A DNA stretch of 32,073 nucleotides from Candidatus Heimdallarchaeota archaeon (lineage in GTDB: Archaea; Asgardarchaeota; Heimdallarchaeia; JABLTI01): assembly GCA_019056785.1 (NCBI GenBank), contig DXJV01000036.1:1-32073 (forward strand), read 5' to 3'. The notes below the pieces were generated by a model. That model worked only from the letters and a program-made list of their open reading frames with translations, had not been told where the DNA came from and did no database searches. The first letter of the stretch is position 1. Each line of letters starts with the position of its first letter. Both the position numbers and the translations under genes were made by a program. Below, one piece after another: positions 8,501 to 17,907 of the stretch.

Positions 8501-9124
8501 CAATACGAAGAGGAATTAAAATTAAACAAAGAATTACTCGAGAAGAAAAAGCATGTAGAAAAAGACTATGATGCTATCAACAAGGCTATTAACGAAATTG
8601 AAAGTGAGAAACGCGATAAATTCATGGAAGTGTTTAATAGTATCTCAAAAGACTTTAACAGAATTTTTGGCATTCTTTCACCTGACGGAAGGGCACGATT
8701 AGAACTCGAGATTCCTGATGACCCATTTGCCGGAGGAGTAAATATTTTAGCAAATCCGGGTGGGAAGAAAATCACCAGTATGCTATCCTTGTCTGGGGGT
8801 GAAAAATCATTAACAGCCCTAGCGATGATTTTTGCTATTCAAAGATATAAACCAGCACCATTCTATGTTTTTGATGAAATCGATGCTTTTCTCGATATTA
8901 ATAATGTTAATAAGGTCGCGACTCTCGTACGGGAGATGAGTAGAAACACACAAATTATCATCATCAGTCTCAGAGCACCAATGATTGCTGCCGCAGAGAA
9001 GATTTTCGGAGTCACTGCAGGAGAGGATCGTATCTCCCAAATAGTTTCCGTCTCACTTGATGAGATTATGAAGATTGTTGAAAGTGCAGAAATACCAACA
9101 GAAGCAGAAGTTTATGATTATTAG
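5507..9124 (+). CDS. smc: Chromosome segregation protein SMC
   Basis: Walker A GPNGCGKSN, Q-loop VIRQG, coiled coils, hinge (GIYGTVGEL; VTLEGDVVNPSGMMTGG), signature LSGGE, Walker B/D-loop FYVFDEIDAFLD. Start proposed at CTG 5507 (track uses TTG 5525). Confidence 0.97.
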   Translation: MVHITKLILENFKSYGKRKVTLNLTKGLTVISGPNGCGKSNISDAIQFVIGQLRGKVIRSEKLSGVIFSGTKEGQKTAQHAKVTLVLDNSNEPKEIPVATDEVHISRKVYLDGRSEYYLNGSRITRNEIIDTMSICGISIDGFNVIRQGEIANFASMSPIQVRGLFEEIAGIAAYDEKKERAQKNLEDARTKLKIASVRLDESMKNLERLAKEKEDALRYQELKQRIKNTEAKLIHARIRHFKNRINEIDEEIKTTNQMQVETGNNIKEMEKTIELYDEKLTEAKRKVMDATTQSFNSLSAEIEELTIKLSEETAKKAQIVADLGQLKEKKKELQQQRDEILSENQELEQFTSETKEQLTGVDDTLKKIQEELDIKRKMLESSRSNEIMDQLEEIRANVTELNKRKAEYESQLAIYNNNLNINNAKVDEREKRVVEVAGILATFLSRKAKYLEELGKAEKEIKELQIKVDDTKNELETVEKELIENETNLRETALTIKRIQTEIETTKKIIEEVTRKDRGIKLVLEAREKGTIKGIYGTVGELCKTHPKYSIALSVTAGNRTNYIVVESDEVAAQCMLLVKKAKAGRVTFLPLNKLKPLVINVELKDRGIIGRAIDLVEFNKKYQKAIEFVFGQTVIVKNLEAARRVGFTYRAVTLEGDVVNPSGMMTGGYYSGRDKTKISLIVEEEERLPTLEQTFQELQAERERLLEYRTEILKELNEEFIPHLNELKRAFELRGRELKFTEEEIAIRSKENLKIQEELEELTKEHEELEDKIQDLMQGRKNTTRTLETLQEAEMRLKGELASTGIHDILEEIKIKESKQKEIAETLNKLRMEQFKISNNLEKNIEQVKKLQEEIEKLEKQMPQKKEEVSRRQAIIDNLQAELETKKAARDELFKVIKESQDEQERLEREQKELRKQLEKERENQTQILLKIDRLINERSSLEGQISELENLAVERDLPYIFAEDEIIDLEILKEIMNGLKAEFEALPEINMKAVSQYEEELKLNKELLEKKKHVEKDYDAINKAINEIESEKRDKFMEVFNSISKDFNRIFGILSPDGRARLELEIPDDPFAGGVNILANPGGKKITSMLSLSGGEKSLTALAMIFAIQRYKPAPFYVFDEIDAFLDINNVNKVATLVREMSRNTQIIIISLRAPMIAAAEKIFGVTAGEDRISQIVSVSLDEIMKIVESAEIPTEAEVYDY

Positions 9125-9171
9125 TACTTTAAATGAGAAAAATACAGAATAAAAAACAGAAGTGAAGTAAA

Positions 9172-10080
9172 ATGGCGCACCAAAACCCAAATGTCAATCC
9201 AGAAACACAGGCTGAAGCCATAGATGATTATCCTTTCTGGTTGAGAGCGCCATTTAGATTGTTAACTGATATAACACAATTTAGAAAGGTAGACCCTTGG
9301 GACCTTGAAGTAGCGGATCTAATAACTAAATTCGTAGAAAAAATGAAAGAAAATAAAGACATCAATTTCCCTGTTCTGGGAAGAGCTATTCTTTCTGCGG
9401 CAATTTTATACCGCTCAAAGGTTACCGACCTGATAAAAATAATCGAAGCGACTGATGAGGATATTGACGATCTAGAAATGTTGGGTTTCGACATCCCAGA
9501 AATTAGCCCGTCTTATCATATCTCACAAAGACCAGTGACCTTTAATGAATTAATCTATGCATTTGAGGGATTGCTCAAGCAGGAAAGTAGGTATAAACAG
9601 AGGTTAGCATTAACTAAACGAAAAGCACTACTTCAACCTTTGGCACTCCCCCCAAAACCTGTAAAAGTGATTGAAGAAGAATCAACTAAAATTGCCAAAC
9701 TGAAGAAGGAGATCTACCGGCGACTAGTGAAATTATATGATGAAAATAAACGTCCAATTACTTTTGAAGAATTGATTCTCCCGAACACACCCCGCATTTC
9801 TGTTATCCGCTCCTTTCTTTGTATTCTATTTTTAGGGTTCGAACTGAAAGCAAAACTCTTCCAACAAGAAGATCTTGGAACGATCACATTAATTCCCTTA
9901 CGAGACAAAGAGGAGGAGTTTCTTGGGGGATTTGAGAAAATCATTGAAGACAAACTCAAAGAAGGACCACCAACAGAGGGAGACGTTTCCATCGCAGAAT
10001 TACCAGAAGAGTGGGTCATAGAAGAAAGTGATGAACTTTTTCCAGAGGAGGAAGATGTCTTTCAAGACAAAAAAGACTAA
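9172..10080 (+). CDS. scpA: Kleisin ScpA (segregation and condensation protein A)
   Basis: Directly after smc; VDPWDLEVADLITKFVE, GRAILSAAILYRSK, RPVTFNELI and C-terminal winged helix (SFLCILFL..LFQQEDLGTITL); acidic tail. Confidence 0.9.
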   Translation: MAHQNPNVNPETQAEAIDDYPFWLRAPFRLLTDITQFRKVDPWDLEVADLITKFVEKMKENKDINFPVLGRAILSAAILYRSKVTDLIKIIEATDEDIDDLEMLGFDIPEISPSYHISQRPVTFNELIYAFEGLLKQESRYKQRLALTKRKALLQPLALPPKPVKVIEEESTKIAKLKKEIYRRLVKLYDENKRPITFEELILPNTPRISVIRSFLCILFLGFELKAKLFQQEDLGTITLIPLRDKEEEFLGGFEKIIEDKLKEGPPTEGDVSIAELPEEWVIEESDELFPEEEDVFQDKKD

Positions 10081-10123
10081 CTCTTTCTCAAATAAGGAAA
10101 AGAGGGGAAAAGGACAAAGGGCT

Positions 10124-10315
10124 TTAAGTTGTGAATAGTTTAATAAGTGGAGGGCCCGCCAGAACCACAATAATTAGGATTGCTGCAAAAATCATTACAG
10201 CATAAGGGCCAATTTTAATGCCGGGGGTATCTTCTTCGAAGAAACGGATAAGACCTGCACCTGTAGCAGGCATTGCTCCACCTGAATCCTTTGACTTTCT
10301 TGAACGACGGCTCAT
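10124..10315 (-). CDS. secG: Preprotein translocase subunit Sec61beta
   Basis: MPATGAGLIRFFEEDTPGIKIGP motif plus a single C-terminal TM helix. Confidence 0.93.
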   Translation of the reverse strand: MSRRSRKSKDSGGAMPATGAGLIRFFEEDTPGIKIGPYAVMIFAAILIIVVLAGPPLIKLFTT

Positions 10316-10489
10316 AAAGATCACTTTGTATGATGAATTTTAAAGATGTATATTTTTCACTCTGAAAGCTCTTTAAAGTTTTCTGATATCATTGGTAATA
10401 CTCGTAAAAAAAAACAAACTTAAAAGAAGAGCAGAACATTCTATAGCAAAGAGTAACAGCATTGTTGCTTTCTTAGGGGTTAAATTTAA

Positions 10490-11440
10490 TTGAAAATAAC
10501 AAAAGCATCTTCTATCTGCAAGCAAATTTTGGCAGAAGTTTCCAAGGTTATTGTTGGGAAAGAGACCGTTTTAGAACAAGTACTTATTGGCCTTTTAGCA
10601 AAAGGGAATCTTTTGTTAGAGGATGTTCCAGGCTTAGCGAAAACTATGATGATAAAGGCGTTTGCTCAAGTTATGGATTGTGATTTCCGGCGGATACAAT
10701 GTACACCGGACCTCCTCCCAGCTGACGTCACTGGTTCAACAATTTTCAATCAGAAGACACAAGAATTCATTTTTCGGAAAGGACCGGTATTTACTAACCT
10801 CCTCTTAGTTGATGAGATCAATCGTGCTTCACCAAAAACCCAATCATCCTTGTTAGAGGCGATGCAAGAACAACATGTTACCGTGGATGGGGTTACTTAT
10901 ACTCTACCAACACCTTTTCACGTTCTTGCTACACAAAACCCCATTGAATTTGAAGGCACTTTTCCATTACCAGAAGCACAACTGGATAGGTTCTTGATGC
11001 GACTTAGTGTCGGTTATCCTGCAAGAGAAGAGGAGATAGAAATTCTAAATCGGCGCATTAAACGAAAACAAGAGGAGTTCTCACTTGAGAAAATCACTTC
11101 TGCAAATGAAATTTTGGAAATACAAAAGACCGTCGAAGAGATTCATATCGACGATCGAATCAAAGAATATATTGTAGAAATTGTCCGAAGAACCAGAGAG
11201 AACGAAAGAATTGAAGTGGGAGCAAGCCCACGTGGGAGTTTGGCACTCTTACATTTATCACGAGCAAGCGCGATTATTGACGGACGTGACTTCGTTAATC
11301 CAGATGATGTCAAGAAGATTGTTGTCCCGGCCCTCAGCCATCGAATTATTCTTAGCACCGGCAGTTGGCTAACTGGAATTAAACCTGAAGACATCATCGC
11401 CAGAGAATTAGCAAAAATAAAAGCCCCTCGTTTAGACTGA
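10490..11440 (+). CDS. moxR: MoxR-family AAA+ ATPase
   Basis: LLEDVPGLAKT, RIQCTPDLLPADVTG, LLVDEINRASPKTQSSLLEAMQE, ATQNPIEFEGTFPLPEAQLDRF, GASPR. Confidence 0.95.
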   Translation: MKITKASSICKQILAEVSKVIVGKETVLEQVLIGLLAKGNLLLEDVPGLAKTMMIKAFAQVMDCDFRRIQCTPDLLPADVTGSTIFNQKTQEFIFRKGPVFTNLLLVDEINRASPKTQSSLLEAMQEQHVTVDGVTYTLPTPFHVLATQNPIEFEGTFPLPEAQLDRFLMRLSVGYPAREEEIEILNRRIKRKQEEFSLEKITSANEILEIQKTVEEIHIDDRIKEYIVEIVRRTRENERIEVGASPRGSLALLHLSRASAIIDGRDFVNPDDVKKIVVPALSHRIILSTGSWLTGIKPEDIIARELAKIKAPRLD

Positions 11441-11471
11441 AAAAGGCAAACCGTTGAAGGAGCAAAAATAA

Positions 11472-12797
11472 TTGTTCAACCGGAAAATTCGCAGGATCGT
11501 TTCCATCTTCTTTATAATCCTTTTACTGGGGATTGGCTTCCAGGAAGAATTTTATCAGCTACATTCAGCGAGTATGCAAAAGGGAGTCACATTGTTAGGT
11601 TTAATTCCAATAAGTGTTGCCCTAATTGCTTACTACTTTACAAAAACAGCCGATAAAGTGGAAGTTCTTGTTTCTCGAAAGCTGGATCGCATGCGACTCC
11701 AAGAGAATGAACATTTAGAAGTAATAATTAAAATCAAGAATTTGGGAAAAAAACCAATCCCTATTTTGGAAGTGAGGGACAAACTTCCGGCACAAGTGAG
11801 TTTGAAAGCAGGGAGTAATCATATCATTTCTTCTTTGAAAATTGGCGAAGAAACCCAGTTTCGCTACAAAGTTAGTTGTGACTATCGTGGTCGCTGGGAG
11901 CTTGGGCCAACATATGTACGCGTGAGAAATTTTCTAGATTCTTCCTTTTCTGAAAGATGCTATAATGAAACAAAAACAAAAATAGTGGTCGTTCCTTTTT
12001 TTGAGAGAATACGAGATATGCCTTTTCGTACAAAATATCCAAAAATTTCTGACGGGCCGTTTCACTCTAAATTTAAGGGAGAAGGTCTGGACTTTGCAGG
12101 TGTACGAGAATACACCAGCACAGACTCACTCGAACGAATTAATTGGCCGGCAACAGCAAAATATAACAAGCTCTTCACAAATGAATATGAACTTTTTAGA
12201 ACGGCTGATTTACTTTTAGTTTTGGATGCAACTGCAAAAACGACATCCATTCTTGATGATGAGATAAAAGCAGTGCTTTCGATCAGCGAGTATTTTCTAA
12301 AATATAAATGTCGTGTGGGGTTAGTAGTAATTCAAGATGCTGTGGATCATTTCCCCCTTTCTTCATCGAGGCAACAACTGCTAAAATTTACAAATAAGTT
12401 AGTGGATGTTCAAGCTACCACTGTTGGGAGCTATAGTATATTACAAAAGCGAGTCAGAAATAAAATTGATCTTTACTTCCCTATGAATTGCCTTACAATC
12501 TTTATTTCGCCTTTAGTGGATAGACAAATGAATATTATTTTTAAAGACATTGCCCTTAGAAGAAGAAATAGTTTATTTCTTGTCCCATCAATTATTGCAT
12601 CGGAATGGTGCTATGTGACTGAGAAAGATGATGCCATCAACTTAATGATTCATCAAGAATTGCTCCTTGAAAGAGAAATTGAGTTAACAAAAATGACTCA
12701 TTATGGGTTAGTCCTTTTTGAGTGGGATGTAAGCACACCCTTCAGTATTTTTATGAATAAATTAAAGCATGTCATAGTTCAAAGGGGGACAAAATAA
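11472..12797 (+). CDS. DUF58 domain membrane protein (MoxR partner, vWA-like)
   Basis: N-terminal TM helices, Ig-like region (RGRWELGP), GEGLDFAGVREYTSTDSLERINWPATAK motif, LLLVLD strand. Confidence 0.9.
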   Translation: MFNRKIRRIVSIFFIILLLGIGFQEEFYQLHSASMQKGVTLLGLIPISVALIAYYFTKTADKVEVLVSRKLDRMRLQENEHLEVIIKIKNLGKKPIPILEVRDKLPAQVSLKAGSNHIISSLKIGEETQFRYKVSCDYRGRWELGPTYVRVRNFLDSSFSERCYNETKTKIVVVPFFERIRDMPFRTKYPKISDGPFHSKFKGEGLDFAGVREYTSTDSLERINWPATAKYNKLFTNEYELFRTADLLLVLDATAKTTSILDDEIKAVLSISEYFLKYKCRVGLVVIQDAVDHFPLSSSRQQLLKFTNKLVDVQATTVGSYSILQKRVRNKIDLYFPMNCLTIFISPLVDRQMNIIFKDIALRRRNSLFLVPSIIASEWCYVTEKDDAINLMIHQELLLEREIELTKMTHYGLVLFEWDVSTPFSIFMNKLKHVIVQRGTK

Positions 12798-13574
12798 GTG
12801 GCTGTAATAATAAAGAGGAAAAAACAAAAAAAGGAGAAAGAAAAGCCAATCGAAGTAGAATATCAAACCCGCGGGAGAAGAAAGAAGATACAACTTCTTA
12901 AACTGGCGTTCGAGGAAGAATATATTAGAAAAATGCAAACGTTACAACTTATTGCCGTAATTTGTGTTATGATCATTATTGCCATATTTCCATTACAGTT
13001 TGCCTATTATGCAATAAAGCCATCCAACGAAATATTTTCAATTTCAATTGGTTTTATCGTTGCTGGGGTTGTTCCGTCAATAATAGCAATTTTTGGAATA
13101 GTCCGCGGGAGAAAATTAGCACTGAATGGTTCTCTCCTTATTTTCGGAGTCTGGATTTTAATCCAAAGTATTTATTTTTGGGAGGTCATCATTTTCATTT
13201 CAGTGCTTATTATTTACTACGAAATTACCCAAAAAATTATCACAGTCACAGCAATGTTTGGGGAGATTAAGGCAACCGGAGAAGAAGGCGCTTATTATCA
13301 CGCGTCAATCTTTTTACAGGAATATTTGCGATTTATTGCGAAATTTTCAGGGTTATTAATTGGAATATCGCTCATTATAGGCATCATTGGTCAATACCTT
13401 TTCACGAGAATCCAAGGGGATATTTTATTTGCGGTTTTTATGATTGTTACTTTAGTACTCATCGTAATAATTACGAGAGAAACCATAACAGCTGATTTGA
13501 AAGCAATTCTTTTGAGAGAGGAAAAAGAGAGAAGAGAAGAATTGTTAGTAAAAACACATTCGAAATATTCTTAA
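12798..13574 (+). CDS. Multi-pass membrane protein of the MoxR/DUF58 operon
   Basis: About 6 hydrophobic segments; basic N-terminus; GTG start abuts the DUF58 stop. Confidence 0.75.
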   Translation: MAVIIKRKKQKKEKEKPIEVEYQTRGRRKKIQLLKLAFEEEYIRKMQTLQLIAVICVMIIIAIFPLQFAYYAIKPSNEIFSISIGFIVAGVVPSIIAIFGIVRGRKLALNGSLLIFGVWILIQSIYFWEVIIFISVLIIYYEITQKIITVTAMFGEIKATGEEGAYYHASIFLQEYLRFIAKFSGLLIGISLIIGIIGQYLFTRIQGDILFAVFMIVTLVLIVIITRETITADLKAILLREEKERREELLVKTHSKYS

Positions 13575-14105
13575 TCAATGCTCAAGGGCCTTCCGAAACG
13601 AACGAATAACAAAAGCAATTTCCAAATAGAATTGGTTGGCTTCTTTTTGTTGCCGGGAAAATAAGTTACAAAAAGCACGGAAGATTCTATCCAGAACAGA
13701 AATCTGGGGGGAGATTAGCGCATACCATTCAGCGTAATTCGTTAAAAAGGCAATGACTTTTTCATCCGGAATCAAGTTTTGTAGTTGTTTTTTATTGCCA
13801 ACAAGAGTTTTGACTTCCTCATTTGTGAGTCCTTTTTTAAATTGCAGATAATTAATCATCTCTTGCCGCACCTTAGTGTAAAGGTTCCGATTATTTAGAG
13901 AAATTAACTCTCCCCTGCGAGTAAAATGTTGAAAAGCAAGCATAATTTTAGGAACGACTTTTTGATAGGAAGCTCGGCGCCACGTTTTCAAAACACGCGT
14001 ATATTTACCAAGATCTCGATAAATAAGAAGGAAAATAAAAACAATACTTACAAGAAAGATAAAGATCCAGCTTCCTTCAAGAAATTGCTCAAAAGCACTA
14101 ACCAT
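13575..14105 (-). CDS. Hypothetical single-pass membrane protein
   Basis: N-terminal TM helix then helical soluble domain; ATG 14105 is preceded by GGTGA (track start 14117). Confidence 0.7.
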   Translation of the reverse strand: MVSAFEQFLEGSWIFIFLVSIVFIFLLIYRDLGKYTRVLKTWRRASYQKVVPKIMLAFQHFTRRGELISLNNRNLYTKVRQEMINYLQFKKGLTNEEVKTLVGNKKQLQNLIPDEKVIAFLTNYAEWYALISPQISVLDRIFRAFCNLFSRQQKEANQFYLEIAFVIRSFRKALEH

Positions 14106-14126
14106 CGCACAACTCACCTACCTTAC

Positions 14127-15605
14127 TCATTCTGATTCTTTCTCCTTTTTATGAAGATTCTTAGCTATTTTTGTGTAGAAGTATTCCGCTTGTTCTGACA
14201 TCTCTTCTGTAATCTGGTGATCACTGAATCGTGCTTCCTCATACAAGTCCGTCAAATGGAACAGTGCCTTCTTGGGGAGAGCAAACTGTTTGTCTGCTGA
14301 GAGGGCAAATTCGCCAGGAGTCATGCTTCGTTTGGACTTTGCTCCAGAGTCGATTAGATCATAGGATGATTTATGATAAGCTTTTATGACTCTTTTTCGA
14401 TAATCTGTCTCTTTTGCTCTGGGAATCCATCGATGCTCTTTTCGAGAGCTCCTTTCACGAAATTCAATATCTCGCTTTTTAAAGAAGTCAATACCGATAA
14501 TTATCATTGCGCTAATAATAAAAACACTTGATACACCCAATAGAATGTAAGAAATGGCATTGGAGAAATTTCCTTGTCCATCATTATTACCTGAAGGGTT
14601 TGGGGAAGGCGCGGGGGGGGAAGGACTGTCTGTTGGAATAGTGGGGAACGTAGGTGCAGTATCATTACCTGTGGGTTCAGTAGTAAAGGGGGTTTCCGAT
14701 GTAGGTTGAAAGGGCTCTAAGTCCGGGATTGCTTTTAGGAATCGTTCAGTTAGATAACCATAACCAATACCAATAATTATTGCCAGAATAAGAGGAAGGA
14801 CAAATTGACTCCAATTGCCCTTTCCTAAAAAAGCTCTAAGAAAGAAGTATAAAACCACACTCGCAATAGAAACAAAAGGTAAATAAAGCGAAACTTTCGT
14901 GAAAAAATTCCCACCTAGAGCAGAAGGGATGTTGCTAAAACTATCACTCCAGCTATTTGTACCGATGGAATCTGTAACGATGATCCAAGCAAGTTGTTGC
15001 TGGCGGTACCAATCTAACTCGAGAACTTCAGAAGTTGTATAGGTGTCGTCTTCAGCCTTAAATTGAAAAACATCATCAATATAAATGACGAAAGTGTTGT
15101 TTTCAAAACGTCGAATGGTGATCTTATACTCAGACCCCTCTTCAATTGGTTTTGGAGTGAAATATTTTGAGCCAATTGCTATTGATTCATTTAAAGCATC
15201 TATTCGAAGAAGCTCAAGAGGTTTTCCCACTTCGAAATGAAGTTTATACCCTTGAGTAGCGATATGGTAGGTCGATTCTGGTGCTAAACCAATGAAAATT
15301 ATAGAAGCAGAACCGGCACCGTAATAGAGGAGAGACCATTCCCAAGAGCCGTAAGCAACAGAACTATTATGATAAGCAAAATTATTTTGGGGGGTGCCTC
15401 CTTTCAAAAGACCATCCGATTGCTCAAATGAGCCAATGGAAACTTCCCAGCCATGTAAAGTATTATCAAATACGTATTGAGCGGCAAAACTAATGGAAAT
15501 AATTGAAAGGACAAACACAAGAGCAATTACAACAAATTTTGGGTTGTCCTTGAATAAAAGAAAACGCTTTTTTACTTTTGTTGCTGCTCCTTCCTTTTTT
15601 TCCAT
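14127..15605 (-). CDS. DUF4129 domain membrane protein with extracellular beta-sandwich and Pro/Thr-rich linker
   Basis: C-terminal VIKAY..SMTPGEF..LTDLYEEARFSDHQIT (DUF4129); 4 TM helices; PTSETPFTTEPT..PSPPAPSPNPS linker. Start probably ATG 15605. Confidence 0.85.
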   Translation of the reverse strand: MEKKEGAATKVKKRFLLFKDNPKFVVIALVFVLSIISISFAAQYVFDNTLHGWEVSIGSFEQSDGLLKGGTPQNNFAYHNSSVAYGSWEWSLLYYGAGSASIIFIGLAPESTYHIATQGYKLHFEVGKPLELLRIDALNESIAIGSKYFTPKPIEEGSEYKITIRRFENNTFVIYIDDVFQFKAEDDTYTTSEVLELDWYRQQQLAWIIVTDSIGTNSWSDSFSNIPSALGGNFFTKVSLYLPFVSIASVVLYFFLRAFLGKGNWSQFVLPLILAIIIGIGYGYLTERFLKAIPDLEPFQPTSETPFTTEPTGNDTAPTFPTIPTDSPSPPAPSPNPSGNNDGQGNFSNAISYILLGVSSVFIISAMIIIGIDFFKKRDIEFRERSSRKEHRWIPRAKETDYRKRVIKAYHKSSYDLIDSGAKSKRSMTPGEFALSADKQFALPKKALFHLTDLYEEARFSDHQITEEMSEQAEYFYTKIAKNLHKKEKESE

Positions 15606-15682
15606 CCAGCACACCAAAGAGTCTCTGATTAAGTAATACAACAAAAGAGCTTATTATTCTTTGTAAAAGTAACAGAAAATTG

Positions 15683-16123
15683 TTAAAAAAGAAAAGGAAA
15701 AACAGCAGCGATAATGTGAGTGTCTGACAGGGGAGGGGGAGTGGTAAACTCCAAAATGAAGGACTGATCGAGTTGAGAGAGAGAAGCAATTTTTCTCTTT
15801 TGAATATAAAAAGAGACAATAGCACCTTTTTTTCGACATTGTATAATTAAAGGTTTAACAGACTCTCCTCTTAGTCTATAAGTAAGTTGCTTTGCAGGCG
15901 ATTCCCATAACGAACTTTCCAAAATCAATTGTTCATCGACGATTATTGTACGAATCAATTTTGAGACTTTTTTAGTTTGAAGAGAAAGTTTGCTCGAATT
16001 GGCAGTTAAAAGAGTTTGTTTTTCACTTATCATGCGAAAGGAGCCAAACACTTCAAACCCATTCTGGCTTTTTTTTGAAACACGCCAAAAAGAAGAAGAA
16101 AAAGGCGTGATTTTCACCTTCAT
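15683..16123 (-). CDS. Hypothetical protein (146 aa), possibly Tubby-C/LURP-one-like beta-barrel
   Basis: Series of short beta strands ending in a hydrophobic helix (DTHIIAAVFPFLF); 12 nt downstream of the DUF4139 gene. The fold guess is weak. Confidence 0.6.
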   Translation of the reverse strand: MKVKITPFSSSFWRVSKKSQNGFEVFGSFRMISEKQTLLTANSSKLSLQTKKVSKLIRTIIVDEQLILESSLWESPAKQLTYRLRGESVKPLIIQCRKKGAIVSFYIQKRKIASLSQLDQSFILEFTTPPPLSDTHIIAAVFPFLF

Positions 16124-16135
16124 GAAATCACAACC

Positions 16136-17755
16136 TCAGGGAAGTGGTGGGGTAATTTCATAATCTTTTTCCCATTCAACTTCAAATTTATAAGGGATTT
16201 TTACTTCTTCATCTGGTTGTACAGTAAGTTTCCAAGTTATAATGCCTAAATTGCTCTTTTTTGGTTCAATGCCTGCATTGAAGTCTTTAACTTTAATTCG
16301 TTCGGACCGAGAATAAGGAATAACATCTTTGATGGTAATCTTGGAAGGTTCTTTACGGAAATTTTTAATGATAAGCTCATACTCATACATTATTGCACGT
16401 TTGCCTTTTGTTAGGCCAGATTTCACTCGCTCTCGTTTCAAGAGCTTTTTCTCCACCTTCATCTTGAACTCTTCGCGTGCACCAAGAGTGAATTCTTCAC
16501 GAGGAGCAACTTTCTTGAGGATCGTTTCGCCAATAAACTCTCCTTTTGAGTAGACCTTTGCCTTTCCACCCAAAATAACCGCATCACCATTTGTTATCTT
16601 GTCTTGCGCGATCACGCCAAGCCCATCTGTTGATGACCAATAAAACTCTTTTTTAGTCTTTAATTCATAAGTTGTTAGAGTCACAGGATGCTTGTTTCCA
16701 TCTGATGGGATAGACCACTTTCCGGAGAGCTCGAAGCTTTGTACCCCTGTTGCACTTTCCTTCAATTCGACTTTTGCTGTTTCTAATAAGGCATCTATGC
16801 TTTCTTCTTCTGCTTCTCTTGCCATGTCTGGCTTTCGCCTTGCTTCTTTACTATAAGCTTTCTTTACGGCACTTTTTGGGGCCAAGGCCATAGGCGAAGG
16901 TGGTGGGCGAGCATAGGGAACAAAAATATCTATATAGAAGGGAGTTGGTTCAACAACGCGCAGCGGTTTGAAAACTGCTGTTGAAATCTCTAAAGAGACA
17001 TCCTTCCAATTTTCCAATGTTTGATTGATAATTTGAGCTTGTCCTTTAATAATTGCTTTTTCTTTTTGTAGATCAATGTCATATGAGGGCTTCCAACTTA
17101 CTCGTTTCGTTTGATAATTAACTTCAAAACTAAAAGGACCGGCCTGAGCAGCATCTATGGAAATTGAAATCGTGTAGGTCCGTTCTTGGTGCGGGGAAAT
17201 GTGAAAGTCATCAATCTTTGCTTGTAGGGTATTAAGCTGCTTTTCAAGCTGTTCTATTTTATCGTTTGTTTTCTGGATTGTTTTTAGGAATTCTGTATTC
17301 TTTTTAGATTCAAAGTCAATAAAACTGGAAAGGTTTGTTAAGTCAGTTTCCCCAGCAGCAAACCATTGAGGGAATTCTTGAGCAAATTTTTCACTCAGGA
17401 TTTTCATCCGTTCGCTCTGTCTTTGAGTAAAGGCCAGCTGTTCCTGAAACGCATCAAGTTCTTTCTCAAGGGCTTCCTTTTCTTTTATGAGTTTCTGGAG
17501 AGCTTCATGTGAGACTTCTTCTGTGTAAACAGTTTCAATATCTATTGCACCTAAAGAACCTTTACCTTTGCCAGAAACTCGGACACTGTCTTCCAACAAA
17601 TGCTTTGTAAGCCCTTCGATTTTAACTATTTGAAAACCTTTTTTTAAATCGGTTTTTCCACTTCGGTACACTCGGGCACCATCTAAATACACAACAACTT
17701 TATCAATAGTCGTTGCTAATTTCACAAAATTAGAGTCTGTCAATAGCATTACCAA
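16136..17755 (-). CDS. DUF4140/DUF4139 (MuiA-like) protein
   Basis: IDKVVVYLDGARVYR, DSVRVSG, coiled coil, SWKPSYDI, AQIINQTLENWKDVSLEIST, SIPSDG, YELIIKNFR..ITIKDVIP, GIITWKL. Confidence 0.9.
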   Translation of the reverse strand: MVMLLTDSNFVKLATTIDKVVVYLDGARVYRSGKTDLKKGFQIVKIEGLTKHLLEDSVRVSGKGKGSLGAIDIETVYTEEVSHEALQKLIKEKEALEKELDAFQEQLAFTQRQSERMKILSEKFAQEFPQWFAAGETDLTNLSSFIDFESKKNTEFLKTIQKTNDKIEQLEKQLNTLQAKIDDFHISPHQERTYTISISIDAAQAGPFSFEVNYQTKRVSWKPSYDIDLQKEKAIIKGQAQIINQTLENWKDVSLEISTAVFKPLRVVEPTPFYIDIFVPYARPPPSPMALAPKSAVKKAYSKEARRKPDMAREAEEESIDALLETAKVELKESATGVQSFELSGKWSIPSDGNKHPVTLTTYELKTKKEFYWSSTDGLGVIAQDKITNGDAVILGGKAKVYSKGEFIGETILKKVAPREEFTLGAREEFKMKVEKKLLKRERVKSGLTKGKRAIMYEYELIIKNFRKEPSKITIKDVIPYSRSERIKVKDFNAGIEPKKSNLGIITWKLTVQPDEEVKIPYKFEVEWEKDYEITPPLP

Positions 17756-17907
17756 CGAGATATTTTTTCAATAAACAACTTCTTATAAAACCCCACATTT
17801 AAATCCTTTTATTTAACATTTTTATTACTAAAAAGGAAGAATTTAATAGGATAATATCACCTATTAATGATCACCTCTAAAAGTATTTACTGGGGCAGAA
17901 ATAAAAC

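Noticed and set aside
5548-9040. Multiple antisense ORFs within smc (and similar ones within other long genes)
   Set aside because: Shadow ORFs caused by codon bias of the sense genes.
5507-10080. Wadjet/MksBEF or Rad50-type defence SMC
   Set aside because: Canonical hinge-containing SMC with ScpA; no JetD/MksG nuclease or zinc hook.
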